Of a DNA stretch of 64,000 nucleotides, positions 8,850-19,037 are shown one piece after another. This stretch comes from a bacterium (lineage in GTDB: Bacteria; Muiribacteriota; UBA6191), in assembly GCA_036339875.1 (NCBI GenBank), contig JAYZAC010000095.1, positions 14,226 through 78,225 on the forward strand, given 5' to 3'. A program made the translations under genes and the position numbers. The first letter of the stretch is position 1, and each line of letters begins with the position of its first letter. A model generated the notes under the pieces. That model searched no databases. It was not told the origin of the DNA and saw nothing but the letters and a program-made list of their open reading frames with translations.

Positions 8850-10590
8850 CCTCTAGACTTTCGGATGAATCAATCGTTTCAATTACCCAGCTTTTGAGAA
8901 TCACGTTAAATTCTGGCTGCAAAAATTCCTCAAGACTTTGACCACCTGCTTCGCGAAATTCATCATTAGGATCAACTCCATTTATAATTAGATCTTTAGG
9001 TATGAAATTCATATTAAGAGCATCTGCCACCAAATTGTGCGTTAAGTCAACATCAAAACTGCCAAGGTCTGCCCAATTATCTCGAAAAGCTTCCTTATCT
9101 GTTTTAAGGCCATTTTGAGTATAAAGAGCAGCATCCACCTTAGGTCTGGGATCAGGGTCCTGCCCTCCGCTTTCTGACCAATCATTATCTGGGTGTGGTT
9201 TTATAATAATATGTCCGGTCTTTCGAAATGAGGGATGATTAGTGGGGGTAAAATTAGACTGTTCTCTATTTGGATCCTCAAACGCTAGAATATTCCACAA
9301 CGATGGATGACCGGCTGTGTCCACAGGTAAAGCGCTCAAACTCCCTCCAACGTATACATTTCCTTGCACAACTAATACTCCAACGCCTTTGTACCAACCC
9401 TCGACGAAAACATCACCTCTAACAAAGACAATCCCATCTACATTAATTGGATTTCTCAAATCGTGTTGCCGAGAACGAGGTCCATAGCGATTTCCATCAA
9501 ATACCGGAGCTCGGCGCCAATCACCGTAACCATACAGCGGTAAAACATTGTTATACCGGACCGAATTATAACCATTTTCACCTTCAAAAATAATATTTTT
9601 GAAATAACGGTTGTCTCTTACACTGCCACCAACAGGGTTATAGCGTTGTGGTTCAAGTCTTACTCTAGCTAAGGTTTTATAGAACTCTAAAGGTCTTAAA
9701 TTAATTTGCTCATTTGTCCAAAAATTGTGACTGGGAAAAACTTTAGTTGAGTATTTCTCCTTCACTTCTCGACCAAAAATTTTGAATTTTCTGAAGATCC
9801 CAAAACGCTTATATTCAACCTGGTCTGCATCCAAAAAATCTACGCCTCCATCAGCAAGGCCTTGAGTATTTGGAGGATGATCCATGTAATAGTACTCTTG
9901 CCATGTTAATTCGCCCTTTTCAATCATCCGACGCTTATTATAATCAGAAAGCTCAGCGGTAATACCGTTTTCGACGTAAACGTCTCCTCCCATTACGTTC
10001 AGGTCACTGGGGTCGAAGTTATCCTCAAAGTTGTAATTCAGATGCTCTTTATCTCTAAGGAAAAGAGAATGCTCGGGTGCCACTATACCTAAATTAACTG
10101 CTCGAACAGCATAAACTGCCAACACCTGCTTTTTTACAATTTCTCCAAGAGAGGTTATGTAAATACCTCGTGATTGTATTCTAACCTCTCCACTGTATAC
10201 ACCCATATCAGGAAATGGAGATGGAGTTGGTTCGTAATTTACTTTTAATTCAATATCATAAGTTCCTGAGGATTCTCCCATTTCACGAATCTCATCTTTT
10301 GCTAAAACTGGTATAGGAATATCCGATTCTAACTCCTCTTTCATTGCCTCCAACATCTTGCTATTCGTCTCCAAATCACTTTTTAAGTAAAATAAAGCTT
10401 GCTCTACACCGGATTCAGCAATCTGCTCTGCAATAGAATAATCAACAAACTTGTTAGTTAGCTTATGTTCTGTCTGAACCATAAATATTAGGCTGAATGC
10501 AAAAATCAAAACAATCATTGCAAAAGCCAAGACGAATGGCAAAATGACGCCTCGACGATCACCCAAACAAGTCTTATGATTAAAATTCAT
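8830..10590 (-). CDS. PilX-like type IV pilin-family protein with large C-terminal domain
   Basis: Class III signal RRG|VILPFVLAFAMIVLIF lacking Glu5; A..IAESGVEQA PilX N-terminal motif; C-terminal Gly/Val-periodic stretch (GIVFVRGDVFVEG..GVLVVQGNVYVGG). Confidence 0.75.
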   Translation of the reverse strand: MNFNHKTCLGDRRGVILPFVLAFAMIVLIFAFSLIFMVQTEHKLTNKFVDYSIAEQIAESGVEQALFYLKSDLETNSKMLEAMKEELESDIPIPVLAKDEIREMGESSGTYDIELKVNYEPTPSPFPDMGVYSGEVRIQSRGIYITSLGEIVKKQVLAVYAVRAVNLGIVAPEHSLFLRDKEHLNYNFEDNFDPSDLNVMGGDVYVENGITAELSDYNKRRMIEKGELTWQEYYYMDHPPNTQGLADGGVDFLDADQVEYKRFGIFRKFKIFGREVKEKYSTKVFPSHNFWTNEQINLRPLEFYKTLARVRLEPQRYNPVGGSVRDNRYFKNIIFEGENGYNSVRYNNVLPLYGYGDWRRAPVFDGNRYGPRSRQHDLRNPINVDGIVFVRGDVFVEGWYKGVGVLVVQGNVYVGGSLSALPVDTAGHPSLWNILAFEDPNREQSNFTPTNHPSFRKTGHIIIKPHPDNDWSESGGQDPDPRPKVDAALYTQNGLKTDKEAFRDNWADLGSFDVDLTHNLVADALNMNFIPKDLIINGVDPNDEFREAGGQSLEEFLQPEFNVILKSWVIETIDSSESLEDEEQDS

Positions 10591-10598
10591 AAAAGTTC

Positions 10599-11363
10599 CT
10601 ATTTAGCTTTTATTCCATTTCGAATTAGTTCGTAGAAATCTGTAGGTTTTAATGAAGCACCTCCTACTAACCCCCCATCGATGCCATCTTGGTCCATATA
10701 AGAGCTAATATTATTCGGTTTTACACTCCCCCCATATAAGACACGGACTTGATCAGCTGAATGACTTCCGAATTCATCCGCAACAACTTCTCGAACCGTT
10801 CCACAACCTTCCTTTGCATCAACCTCGCTCGCATTAACCCCAGTTCCAATAGCCCAAATTGGTTCATAAGCAAAAATAAGTTTTCCAATATCTTGTTTAG
10901 TAACCCCTTGAAGAGCAGCTTTAACCTGTTCTCTTACTCTTGTTCTTGTTAAATTTTTCTCACGCTCATCCAATGATTCTCCAACACATATCATGGGCGT
11001 TAAATTATGCTGTATCGCTTGGAGCGTTTTTTTATTGACTAGATCATCTGTCTCACCAAAAATTTGACGTCGCTCAGAATGACCGGTGAGTACATGTTTA
11101 CATCCTAATGAACTGAGCATATTCAAGGAAACCTCTCCCGTAAAAGCACCTGCCTCTTCGTAATAAAAATTTTGAGCGCCATATTGCACGGACGTACCCC
11201 TTAGATATTTTTGCATCAAATGAAGGTTGGTAAAAGAAGGAAACAAAATTACTTCACATTCTGCTGAAAAATCACAATTTATAAAATATTGTAGGAACTC
11301 CTCGGCCATTTGTACCGTATGATTCATTTTCCAATTACCGCCAAAAACTGGTGTTCGAGCCAT
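10599..11363 (-). CDS. tpiA: Triosephosphate isomerase
   Basis: GGNWKMN, GAFTGEVS, GHSERR, AYEPIWAIGTG, LYGGSV, LVGGASL. Start set at ATG 11363 after a GGAG RBS. Confidence 0.98.
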   Translation of the reverse strand: MARTPVFGGNWKMNHTVQMAEEFLQYFINCDFSAECEVILFPSFTNLHLMQKYLRGTSVQYGAQNFYYEEAGAFTGEVSLNMLSSLGCKHVLTGHSERRQIFGETDDLVNKKTLQAIQHNLTPMICVGESLDEREKNLTRTRVREQVKAALQGVTKQDIGKLIFAYEPIWAIGTGVNASEVDAKEGCGTVREVVADEFGSHSADQVRVLYGGSVKPNNISSYMDQDGIDGGLVGGASLKPTDFYELIRNGIKAK

Positions 11364-11387
11364 GATAACTCCTTCCATTAGATTATT

Positions 11388-11420
11388 AAAAAAGCTCCCA
11401 AGCTTTTAACTCAGGAGCCT
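11388..11420 (-). terminator. Intrinsic terminator candidate downstream of 11454..12659
   Basis: Minus strand GCTCCTGAG-7 nt loop-CTTGGGAGC followed by a T run. Confidence 0.6.
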
Positions 11421-11453
11421 ATCTTAAATGTACTTAAGCTTTAGATCAAAAAA

Positions 11454-12659
11454 TTATTGCGAAAACCACTTATCTCGAAGTTGCATATAATCACCGTAGG
11501 CTGCATCAACGGCACTCGAATCTCCCGCGCTAGAGGACTGTTCATATTGCCGCTGCTTCAAATAAATCTCTTGCAGTAAACGTGCATCTAAATCAGGGGA
11601 TGTACTAGGCGCAAAGGATCCGTATGGGCTGCTCAATTGTTGCGATTGAGCCGACCTACCTAGGGGGACAACTTGATCAGCTTGATAACTCGGCATAACA
11701 GCAGAATAGCGACCATTAACACCCATTGAAGTGCCTATCCCCATATTCGCGCCCATGTTTATAGGACTACCCATACCCATACCAGCACCCATATTTATAG
11801 GAGTACCCATTTGATATCCCATACCAGTGTTGGCCCCATACCCAAATTGGTTCAAGCCCGCCTGCTGGTAGATTGACTGATTATATACAAAATTAGGCTG
11901 TTGATTCGAAACTAGCATATTATTGTAAGGAAATTCCGGAATGAATAAATCGCCATGGCGAGGCTCGGTGCGTTCCTTAAACATCTGTTGATAATCCCAA
12001 AATGCCTTATCAAACCGAACCTTGTCGTTCATAGCAAAGGGTCCACTGCGCTCTACCGACTTCAAAGCAGACAAAAACTTCCGACGTTTAGACTTCAGTT
12101 TCGCTTGCGTAGTATAAATAAACTGGCGCGCATACGATCGAAAGACACTCATAAATTGCTGTTTTGCTAATTCCTTCATTCGCGGATTCGTATTAGGCAT
12201 ACGCTTCCACCTTATGTATAATCGCTCGTAAGTTGGCATTGGAAATTGACCCATAGCGCGCAAAATATGGTGAGAAAACATGGATTGATACTGCTTGAAA
12301 GATTGGTATACCTGATCTATTGATGCATCGTCACCCCCGCTTCCAAAGAAGTTAAAAAACGTACTTTGGTTACTGGCTAAAGCTTCATCAGCCGCAATAA
12401 AGGACTCTAGAGAATAAGCTTGCATTGTCGCCATACGCTCTACATACTCCATGCGTTGTTGAATTTGCTGTTGCTCTTGTGGTGATCTAGAATGCAATAA
12501 TTGATTCAGAGAATTGGTGAAACTACCCATCGTCACACCGAAGTTTGCCAATTCGAATAAAGATTCTGACATTTCTGCGTGAAGAGGTGACCCTACCAAT
12601 GCAACCGACAATATACTTGCCGCTGCAGATCTTTTGATGCGTTTCAGCGTCTTGCCCAT
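11454..12659 (-). CDS. Exported hypothetical protein with Q/N/Y/G/M-rich low-complexity region
   Basis: AAGGAG RBS before ATG 12659; signal MGKTLKRIKRSAAASILSVALVGSPLHA; tandem MG[TS]PINMGA[GN]MG repeats. Confidence 0.85.
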   Translation of the reverse strand: MGKTLKRIKRSAAASILSVALVGSPLHAEMSESLFELANFGVTMGSFTNSLNQLLHSRSPQEQQQIQQRMEYVERMATMQAYSLESFIAADEALASNQSTFFNFFGSGGDDASIDQVYQSFKQYQSMFSHHILRAMGQFPMPTYERLYIRWKRMPNTNPRMKELAKQQFMSVFRSYARQFIYTTQAKLKSKRRKFLSALKSVERSGPFAMNDKVRFDKAFWDYQQMFKERTEPRHGDLFIPEFPYNNMLVSNQQPNFVYNQSIYQQAGLNQFGYGANTGMGYQMGTPINMGAGMGMGSPINMGANMGIGTSMGVNGRYSAVMPSYQADQVVPLGRSAQSQQLSSPYGSFAPSTSPDLDARLLQEIYLKQRQYEQSSSAGDSSAVDAAYGDYMQLRDKWFSQ

Positions 12660-12752
12660 GTTTGTCTCCTTGTTTGGACTCATATACACTACGCAGCGCT
12701 GGTTGCAAAAGTTTCAAATTTAATCGAGTTAGATATTAGAATCGACTAAAAA

Positions 12753-14129
12753 TCATAATTCCTGCAAAGAGAAATCATCAAACCAAGCTTGCCCTCGAGC
12801 TCCTCGTAAGCCAAATTCAATAGTTATTTGAGAAGTTTTTTTACGAGTTTTAAATTCAAATTTCAATTTCTGAAACTTTTGACTTGAGCCTATTCTTGAA
12901 AAAATACCAGGATGAGATCCAAGAAATTGTCTATCACTCAACTCCGTTATGTTAATACAAGCTCCAAAACCAACTGGATTAGGCTCAGCTACAATATGTC
13001 GAGTTTTTAAATAAACTTCGGCTTGATATCTGGTATTACCTTTCACTTTTATTGCTTCCGTCACTAAACCTAGATTCTTCTTTCGATAAGTTGCAAAACG
13101 CTGCGAAGATTTTCCGGAATACTTAGTTTTACTATCTAAAATATATATACCTTGATCTTGGGATACCCGAAGCCCTTTGGACACTCCCAAGTTATCAGAC
13201 TCATCGAAAGATTGACTGTAGATGATAGTCGGTTCCGAAGTAAGAATAGAAGTATTAGATGATGAAGAAGTTTTTTTGACAGAATCAATCTTAGGTTTGG
13301 CCCTCGAAACTTCATTTTTAATACGTTTAGGTTTAGGTGGATATTTCTCAGAATAATCATAACTTAACTGTCGAGGGCGTTGATGCTCCTTAGGAAAGCT
13401 AGTCATATACTCTTGCATGCGTCTAATCCGCCTAGATGTAGGCGGGTGAGATCGAATAGAAGTCTCAATTCTACTTGGTTCTTTGGGATTCATCTCTTTC
13501 AATACCTCCAAAAAATCCACCATTCCTTGAGGATTAAATCCCGCCAATGCAGCATATCGAGCACCATAATAATCTGCTTCGTGCTCATTTTTACGACTAT
13601 ATCTCAAACCCGCAAATACAGAATAAATCTGACCTAGAGATCTCAATTTGTCACTTCTTTTATTAAGTTTATTTATGATGAACTGATAAGCTAACTGATG
13701 CTTGATACTTTTCATAGAATGTTTTGCTACAACATGCCCGACTTCATGCCCTAATACTGCTGCAAGCTCGTCATCTGTTTTTATTTTTTGAAGAAGACCT
13801 CTAGTTATGTATATATGTCCGCCCGGAACTGCAAAAGCATTCACAAAGTTTGGCTTTAATATTGTAAGGCTCCACTTAAGATCTTTTCTTTCCGCCACGT
13901 GCAAGATTCTTTGAAAAATATTTTGTACATAGGCTTCTGTTTCGGGATCACTTTTCCACTCACCATACTGAAGCTTCACAGAAGCAGCAATTGCCTGACC
14001 CAAGATTTTCTCTGAAAGTTCAAATACTGGTCTTAAGATTTTCTGAAATAAGCTACCCAAACCACCTTGACTCACACTAGTAAAACTAAATAAACCTATG
14101 AATAAAAATATCAGAAAAAATTTACGCAC
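12753..14129 (-). CDS. M48 family zinc metallopeptidase fused to a CBM4/9-like beta-sandwich
   Basis: Signal peptide; NAFAVPGG, DELAAVLGHEVGHV, YSRKNEHEAD, SHP..RI; Ser/Lys linker; C-terminal domain ending GQAWFDDFSL. Confidence 0.88.
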   Translation of the reverse strand: MRKFFLIFLFIGLFSFTSVSQGGLGSLFQKILRPVFELSEKILGQAIAASVKLQYGEWKSDPETEAYVQNIFQRILHVAERKDLKWSLTILKPNFVNAFAVPGGHIYITRGLLQKIKTDDELAAVLGHEVGHVVAKHSMKSIKHQLAYQFIINKLNKRSDKLRSLGQIYSVFAGLRYSRKNEHEADYYGARYAALAGFNPQGMVDFLEVLKEMNPKEPSRIETSIRSHPPTSRRIRRMQEYMTSFPKEHQRPRQLSYDYSEKYPPKPKRIKNEVSRAKPKIDSVKKTSSSSNTSILTSEPTIIYSQSFDESDNLGVSKGLRVSQDQGIYILDSKTKYSGKSSQRFATYRKKNLGLVTEAIKVKGNTRYQAEVYLKTRHIVAEPNPVGFGACINITELSDRQFLGSHPGIFSRIGSSQKFQKLKFEFKTRKKTSQITIEFGLRGARGQAWFDDFSLQEL

Positions 14130-14177
14130 AATAAGTCCCTAATACCATCAGACATAAAGTATATCGTTACAAGATTA

Positions 14178-14654
14178 TTATAAAAAGTCTCTAAAATCTA
14201 GAGTCCAATGATAGCGATCTTCGCCAGGTCCGTAAGCATTCTCAATAAATCTTTGCTGAATCAACCTAGCTTCTGTTGAGTAAATTCTTTTTGCAAATTC
14301 GTTAGAATCCTCTAAGGTAAGCTGTAGAAGATCAATTTTCATATTTATCAAATATTGCCTAACCTTTACAAAGAATGAACGTCCAAGACCAACACCCCTC
14401 TTGTGATGATTAACAACGAAACTATGCAAATACGCGATCTTTGGATCATTCCATTGTTTCCATAAAATAGCATGTGCAAATATCATATCTTGATTTATCG
14501 CTGCTAGGATGAGTTGCTGTTCTGCCATAGGTTTTAGAGTCCAATAGTCTTCTCCACCCTCTGCAAAAGCGATTTTTTCTGATTCCTGAATTTGTTCCAA
14601 GAAATTACAATCGCTAGCTCTAATAGCTATCAAATCGAAATCAAAGTCCTGCAT
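14178..14654 (-). CDS. GNAT family N-acetyltransferase
   Basis: Acetyl-CoA motif V...KRGVGLG; N..A..IY; YGPGEDR. Confidence 0.8.
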   Translation of the reverse strand: MQDFDFDLIAIRASDCNFLEQIQESEKIAFAEGGEDYWTLKPMAEQQLILAAINQDMIFAHAILWKQWNDPKIAYLHSFVVNHHKRGVGLGRSFFVKVRQYLINMKIDLLQLTLEDSNEFAKRIYSTEARLIQQRFIENAYGPGEDRYHWTLDFRDFL

Positions 14655-15786
14655 TATCCATCAAATTAAGATAATTTTGATATGAGGTACAAACTGAATC
14701 AGAAAATCGCTTTCTGAAGCAATTGTTATCAAAAGTTAATGCATGACTACGTAATGTGGATCTATCAAATGCCATATCTTGACACTTTTTTATGGCGGCT
14801 TTCATAGATTCCACAGTTTGCTCATAGAAATATATACCCGTTTTTTTATCTATTACGGTTTCCAAAGCCCCACCACGTGCATATGCAATTACTGGTGTTC
14901 CACATGCTTGAGCTTCCAGTGGTGTGATACCAAAATCTTCTTCACCAGGAAACAAAAACCCGGTAGCTTTCTGATAAAGTTCTACGGCTTCTTCATGTCC
15001 CACTCTACCTAGGAACTCTACATTACCTGAACCAGCCAGTTCTCGCAGATTAGATTCTTCAGGACCTACTCCTGCTAACTTTAAGGGAACACCTAGTTCT
15101 ACACATGCCTTAACTGCTAAATCGACTCGTTTGTAAGGAACAAGCGCAGCTAAAATAAAAAAATATCCCTCACGCTGATCACCAATTGTAAACCTATCAG
15201 TATCCACAGGAGGATAGATCACCTCAGAATCTCGATCGTAGATTTTCTTAATTCTACGAGCGACGTTTCTTGCATTACAAGTGTAATGATCAACACGATT
15301 AACAGCTGCGATATCCCAAATTCTTAGATAGTGCATAAATATGGGCCAAACCAAATCGATCAACCAACGCGGTTTTAAGCTAGCTTGATAAACTTTACTA
15401 AAATCCCATGCATAGCGAACTGGTGTATGCAAATAACTAAAGTGAAATGTATGCGAACGAGTAATTGCTCCCCGAGCCACACAATGAGAAGTACTGATGA
15501 CCAGATCGTACTCACTTAAATCAAAAGACTCAATTGCCATCGGAAACAACGGCAGAAAAAGCTGATGCTTAGTTTTTGCAAGAGGAAGTTTATTTAGAAA
15601 CGAGGGAAAGATATTACAAGAACGAATAGTATCAGACAATCTGTCTTCAATTGAAACTAAGGTATACAAGTCTCGAGGTCCCAATACTTGTATCATTTGT
15701 TCCAGAACATTCTCTCCTCCACGCATGCCAGTAAGCCAATCGTGTACAAAAGCAATTTTAAGCTGTTTTAATTCTTCTAGCTTCAA
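14641..15786 (-). CDS. Glycosyltransferase family 4
   Basis: HDWLTGMRGGE, LVPYKRVD, EEDFGITPLEAQACG. Confidence 0.95.
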   Translation of the reverse strand: MKLEELKQLKIAFVHDWLTGMRGGENVLEQMIQVLGPRDLYTLVSIEDRLSDTIRSCNIFPSFLNKLPLAKTKHQLFLPLFPMAIESFDLSEYDLVISTSHCVARGAITRSHTFHFSYLHTPVRYAWDFSKVYQASLKPRWLIDLVWPIFMHYLRIWDIAAVNRVDHYTCNARNVARRIKKIYDRDSEVIYPPVDTDRFTIGDQREGYFFILAALVPYKRVDLAVKACVELGVPLKLAGVGPEESNLRELAGSGNVEFLGRVGHEEAVELYQKATGFLFPGEEDFGITPLEAQACGTPVIAYARGGALETVIDKKTGIYFYEQTVESMKAAIKKCQDMAFDRSTLRSHALTFDNNCFRKRFSDSVCTSYQNYLNLMDNAGL

Positions 15787-16250
15787 TGCATCTCCCTTTT
15801 TGCCAGAAATTTCCTCAGCCCTTTAAACAACTCATTAGCTCTTTGTTTCACTTGATCTTGGTCGAGCTCAAAATCCTTGAATCGGCTAAAATGTAACCAT
15901 GGCGACATCTTAAAGTCTGGATCATCCGAATATCTCGGAAAAATATGCCAATGAATATGCGGAACTGCATTACCTAAACAAGAATAATTTATCTTTTTAC
16001 AACCTGTCCACTCCTCTAGAAAAGAACCCATTGTAAATACTTCTTCCATAAGGTTGTTGCGTAATTCAGCCGGTAAATGATGCACTTCTCGAACACAACT
16101 TTTCGCAAGAACCATACAATAATATTTATAGAATTGGTGTTCTCCTAATACGACAAGACTATTTTCAAATTCAAAAACACTTGCACTGTTAGACCCACTG
16201 TAATGATTTTCGAGTTTTTGACAGATGACACAATTCATAGCATTAAACAT
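15783..16250 (-). CDS. HIT family hydrolase
   Basis: CxxC near the N-terminus; [15 protein letters not shown] histidine triad. Confidence 0.9.
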   Translation of the reverse strand: MFNAMNCVICQKLENHYSGSNSASVFEFENSLVVLGEHQFYKYYCMVLAKSCVREVHHLPAELRNNLMEEVFTMGSFLEEWTGCKKINYSCLGNAVPHIHWHIFPRYSDDPDFKMSPWLHFSRFKDFELDQDQVKQRANELFKGLRKFLAKREMH

Positions 16251-17334
16251 TAAATCGGAAATGAACTACATCTCCATCCTTAAGAACATACTCTTTTCCC
16301 TCTACGCGCAATAAACCCTTTTCTTTAGCTAATTGCTCGCTCCCACAATCTACATAATCTGAATAGGCAATAACCTCTGCTTTAATAAATCCTTTTTCAA
16401 AATCTGTATGAATCACTCCAGCAGCCTGCGGTGCCTTTGCACCCTTGGGAATAGTCCAAGCTCGAACTTCCTTCTCTCCAGCAGTAAAGTATGTCTGAAG
16501 ACCTAGTAAATCGTAACCGGTACGAATTAGAGTATTCAATCCAGATTCTTCAAGTCCAACGCTTTCCAGAAACTCAGCCCTTTCCTCTTGGGTCTCAAGT
16601 TCAGCAATTTCAGCTTCAATTTTTGAACAAATTTTCACTAGCAAGCTACCGTCTTGTTTTGCCTTAGCCCGTAATGCCACCACATGGGCTCCATCCTCAC
16701 CCGATAAGTCATCTTCTGAAACATTGGCCACATACAGTACTTTTTTAGCACTAATTAGAAAAAGAGGTTTCATCCACTCATACTCTTCTTCACTGAAATC
16801 TTGATGAGCTAACCACTTACCATCCTCCAGAAGGCTTTTTAGTCGAAACATAAATTCGTTTTCTTCTTTTTCCTTGCCCTTAGCCCCTCGATTATACTTT
16901 TTAGTCCTATTCTCAACGGTTTCGAGATCACGCATAATAAGTTCAGTCTCTATTACACTGACGTCTTCTAAAGGATCTACAAGCCCGTGTACATGAGTAA
17001 TATCCTCATCTTCGAAACATCTTACAACATGTACAATCGTATCAACTTCTTTGATATGACCTAAAAACTTATTTCCGAGTCCTTCTCCATCTGCAGCACC
17101 TTTAACAAGTCCTGCAATATCTACAAATTCAACTACTGCGGGGATTGTTTTCTGCGGATTTACTAACGTCACCAGTTTATCAAGGCGCTGGTCAGGAACT
17201 TTGACGATTCCCTGATTTGGCTCAATAGTACAAAAGGGATAATTGGATGCCTCGGCCTTAGCAGCCGTTAATGCATTGAAAAGCGTAGATTTGCCGACAT
17301 TTGGAAGCCCTACTATGCCACATTTTAAACCCAT
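16243..17334 (-). CDS. ychF: Redox-regulated ribosome-binding ATPase YchF
   Basis: [34 protein letters not shown] domain ending [11 protein letters not shown]. Confidence 0.98.
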   Translation of the reverse strand: MGLKCGIVGLPNVGKSTLFNALTAAKAEASNYPFCTIEPNQGIVKVPDQRLDKLVTLVNPQKTIPAVVEFVDIAGLVKGAADGEGLGNKFLGHIKEVDTIVHVVRCFEDEDITHVHGLVDPLEDVSVIETELIMRDLETVENRTKKYNRGAKGKEKEENEFMFRLKSLLEDGKWLAHQDFSEEEYEWMKPLFLISAKKVLYVANVSEDDLSGEDGAHVVALRAKAKQDGSLLVKICSKIEAEIAELETQEERAEFLESVGLEESGLNTLIRTGYDLLGLQTYFTAGEKEVRAWTIPKGAKAPQAAGVIHTDFEKGFIKAEVIAYSDYVDCGSEQLAKEKGLLRVEGKEYVLKDGDVVHFRFNV

Positions 17335-17345
17335 GGTCACCTCAC

Positions 17346-18953
17346 TTAACGAGTCAAAAGATTTACATTCAAGTATTTATTGGAGTTATACATTGGAAAG
17401 GGTCGAAAGTTCTGTAAAACGGGGTAAGCTGCATAAACCTTTGTTTTGTACCAAAGAAGAACCCTGGATGCATCATTTCTGGCAAGTTGCGCTGCTTGTC
17501 GTAATAGCTCGTCTCGTTCAAAATTATCAGTTTGACGACGAGATCTTTCAACTAGGCTATCAAAATTTTTATTTTCATAACCTGGATAGTTACCTTTCAA
17601 ACCAGTCGATGAAGAATGAAAAAGTGGAAAAAGAAAGTTGTCGCCATCTGGAAAATCTGCAATCCAATTACGATAGAATAAATCATAGTCCATCTTTACC
17701 AATGCGCTACTAAAACTATTCCAATCTCTCGGAACCAGTTTTACTTCGATACCTAAATTTTTTAAGTTTTGCTGAATCACCTGACATACAGCCATACTTC
17801 GAGCTTCATTTCGCAATAACAACCTTAAAGGCTTGCCATCATATTTACTTTTAGAAAAAAGCTCTTTGGCCTTAGTCAGATCATAGCTAAAATAGTCTCG
17901 ATCTAAATAACCCTTCAAACCTTTTGGAACTGGTCCCGTTGCTATATCTGCTAATCCATGCTGTAGGTTCTTTATGATATCCTCTCTATTTACAGCAAAA
18001 GCTATTGCTTGTCTCAATTTGCGGTCAGTAAATCGACCAGATTTCATGTTCATTCCAACAAAATAAAGGTTAAATTGGTTAACTGGAAATAATCTGGCTC
18101 GAGTTGACTTCAGGGACTTCACTTCCGTAGGTGGAACTTCAATCATGTGCAAACCCTGAGCCTTAAATTCAGAAACAAGGCTTAAAGGATCCTTGATAAT
18201 TTTGTAATACACCGCATTCAAATTTCCAGACTTACGATAATGAGGGTTACTCAAAAGCAAAATATCCTGCTCACGTCTCCAAGTTTTCAGGTAATAAGGA
18301 CCTGCTCCCATGGTAGATTCACCTAAATCTGCTCCCGATTCAATATAAGATTTGGAGACAATTGACATTTGAGGCATAGCAAATAAAGAAAGAAAAGGTG
18401 CATAAGCCCTTTTAAGCGTGATTCTAATCCGACTCTTATCAAGAACTTGTATTCCCTCAAGCTGCTTTGTCTTACCAGATTGAAAATCTTCAAATCCGGA
18501 TACTTGATTTAATAACCAAGCTCTTGGAGACTTTGAATGAGGTGAAGCTAAGCGATTCAAACTGAAAGCTACGTCTTCAGCCTCCATAACAACACCATTA
18601 ACAAAGCGTTGGTTATCCTTCAATAAAAAATCATAACGTCTTCCATTTTCTGAAATTCGATAATGTTTAGCTGCGTCCAAAACTAGTTCACCACTTTCAT
18701 CGAATCTCAACAAATTAGAATACGTTAAACCGAGAATAACTCCTGAGTAGGTATCTGTAGAATATATTGGATCAAGAGTTTTCGGAGAAGCTTCCAAACT
18801 CAATCGAAGAGTTTTATCCGGTAAAATTAATCCAGAGGTACACGAATCACCAAACAAGCCAACCATAAGTAGAAGAGCTATAATTACTGAAATATAGAAC
18901 GAAATCTTGCCTTGTCTGGCAAAAAATAACGACACTTGATTTGTTTCTGACAT
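17346..18953 (-). CDS. ABC transporter substrate-binding protein, family 5 (peptide/nickel)
   Basis: N-terminal [37 protein letters not shown]. Confidence 0.92.
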   Translation of the reverse strand: MSETNQVSLFFARQGKISFYISVIIALLLMVGLFGDSCTSGLILPDKTLRLSLEASPKTLDPIYSTDTYSGVILGLTYSNLLRFDESGELVLDAAKHYRISENGRRYDFLLKDNQRFVNGVVMEAEDVAFSLNRLASPHSKSPRAWLLNQVSGFEDFQSGKTKQLEGIQVLDKSRIRITLKRAYAPFLSLFAMPQMSIVSKSYIESGADLGESTMGAGPYYLKTWRREQDILLLSNPHYRKSGNLNAVYYKIIKDPLSLVSEFKAQGLHMIEVPPTEVKSLKSTRARLFPVNQFNLYFVGMNMKSGRFTDRKLRQAIAFAVNREDIIKNLQHGLADIATGPVPKGLKGYLDRDYFSYDLTKAKELFSKSKYDGKPLRLLLRNEARSMAVCQVIQQNLKNLGIEVKLVPRDWNSFSSALVKMDYDLFYRNWIADFPDGDNFLFPLFHSSSTGLKGNYPGYENKNFDSLVERSRRQTDNFERDELLRQAAQLARNDASRVLLWYKTKVYAAYPVLQNFRPFPMYNSNKYLNVNLLTR

Positions 18954-19037
18954 TTTAGAACCCAAGGTAAATGAAATAAGCCGGCTATTTTATGCAGATC
19001 CCTAATCTTGGGCAAGGACTAAATGAAAATTAAAAAT

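Noticed and set aside
12753..14129. M48 peptidase as the sorting enzyme for the CFI-box tails
   Set aside because: It looks like a soluble exported M48, is separated from the trio by tpiA and a terminator, and only proximity supports the idea.
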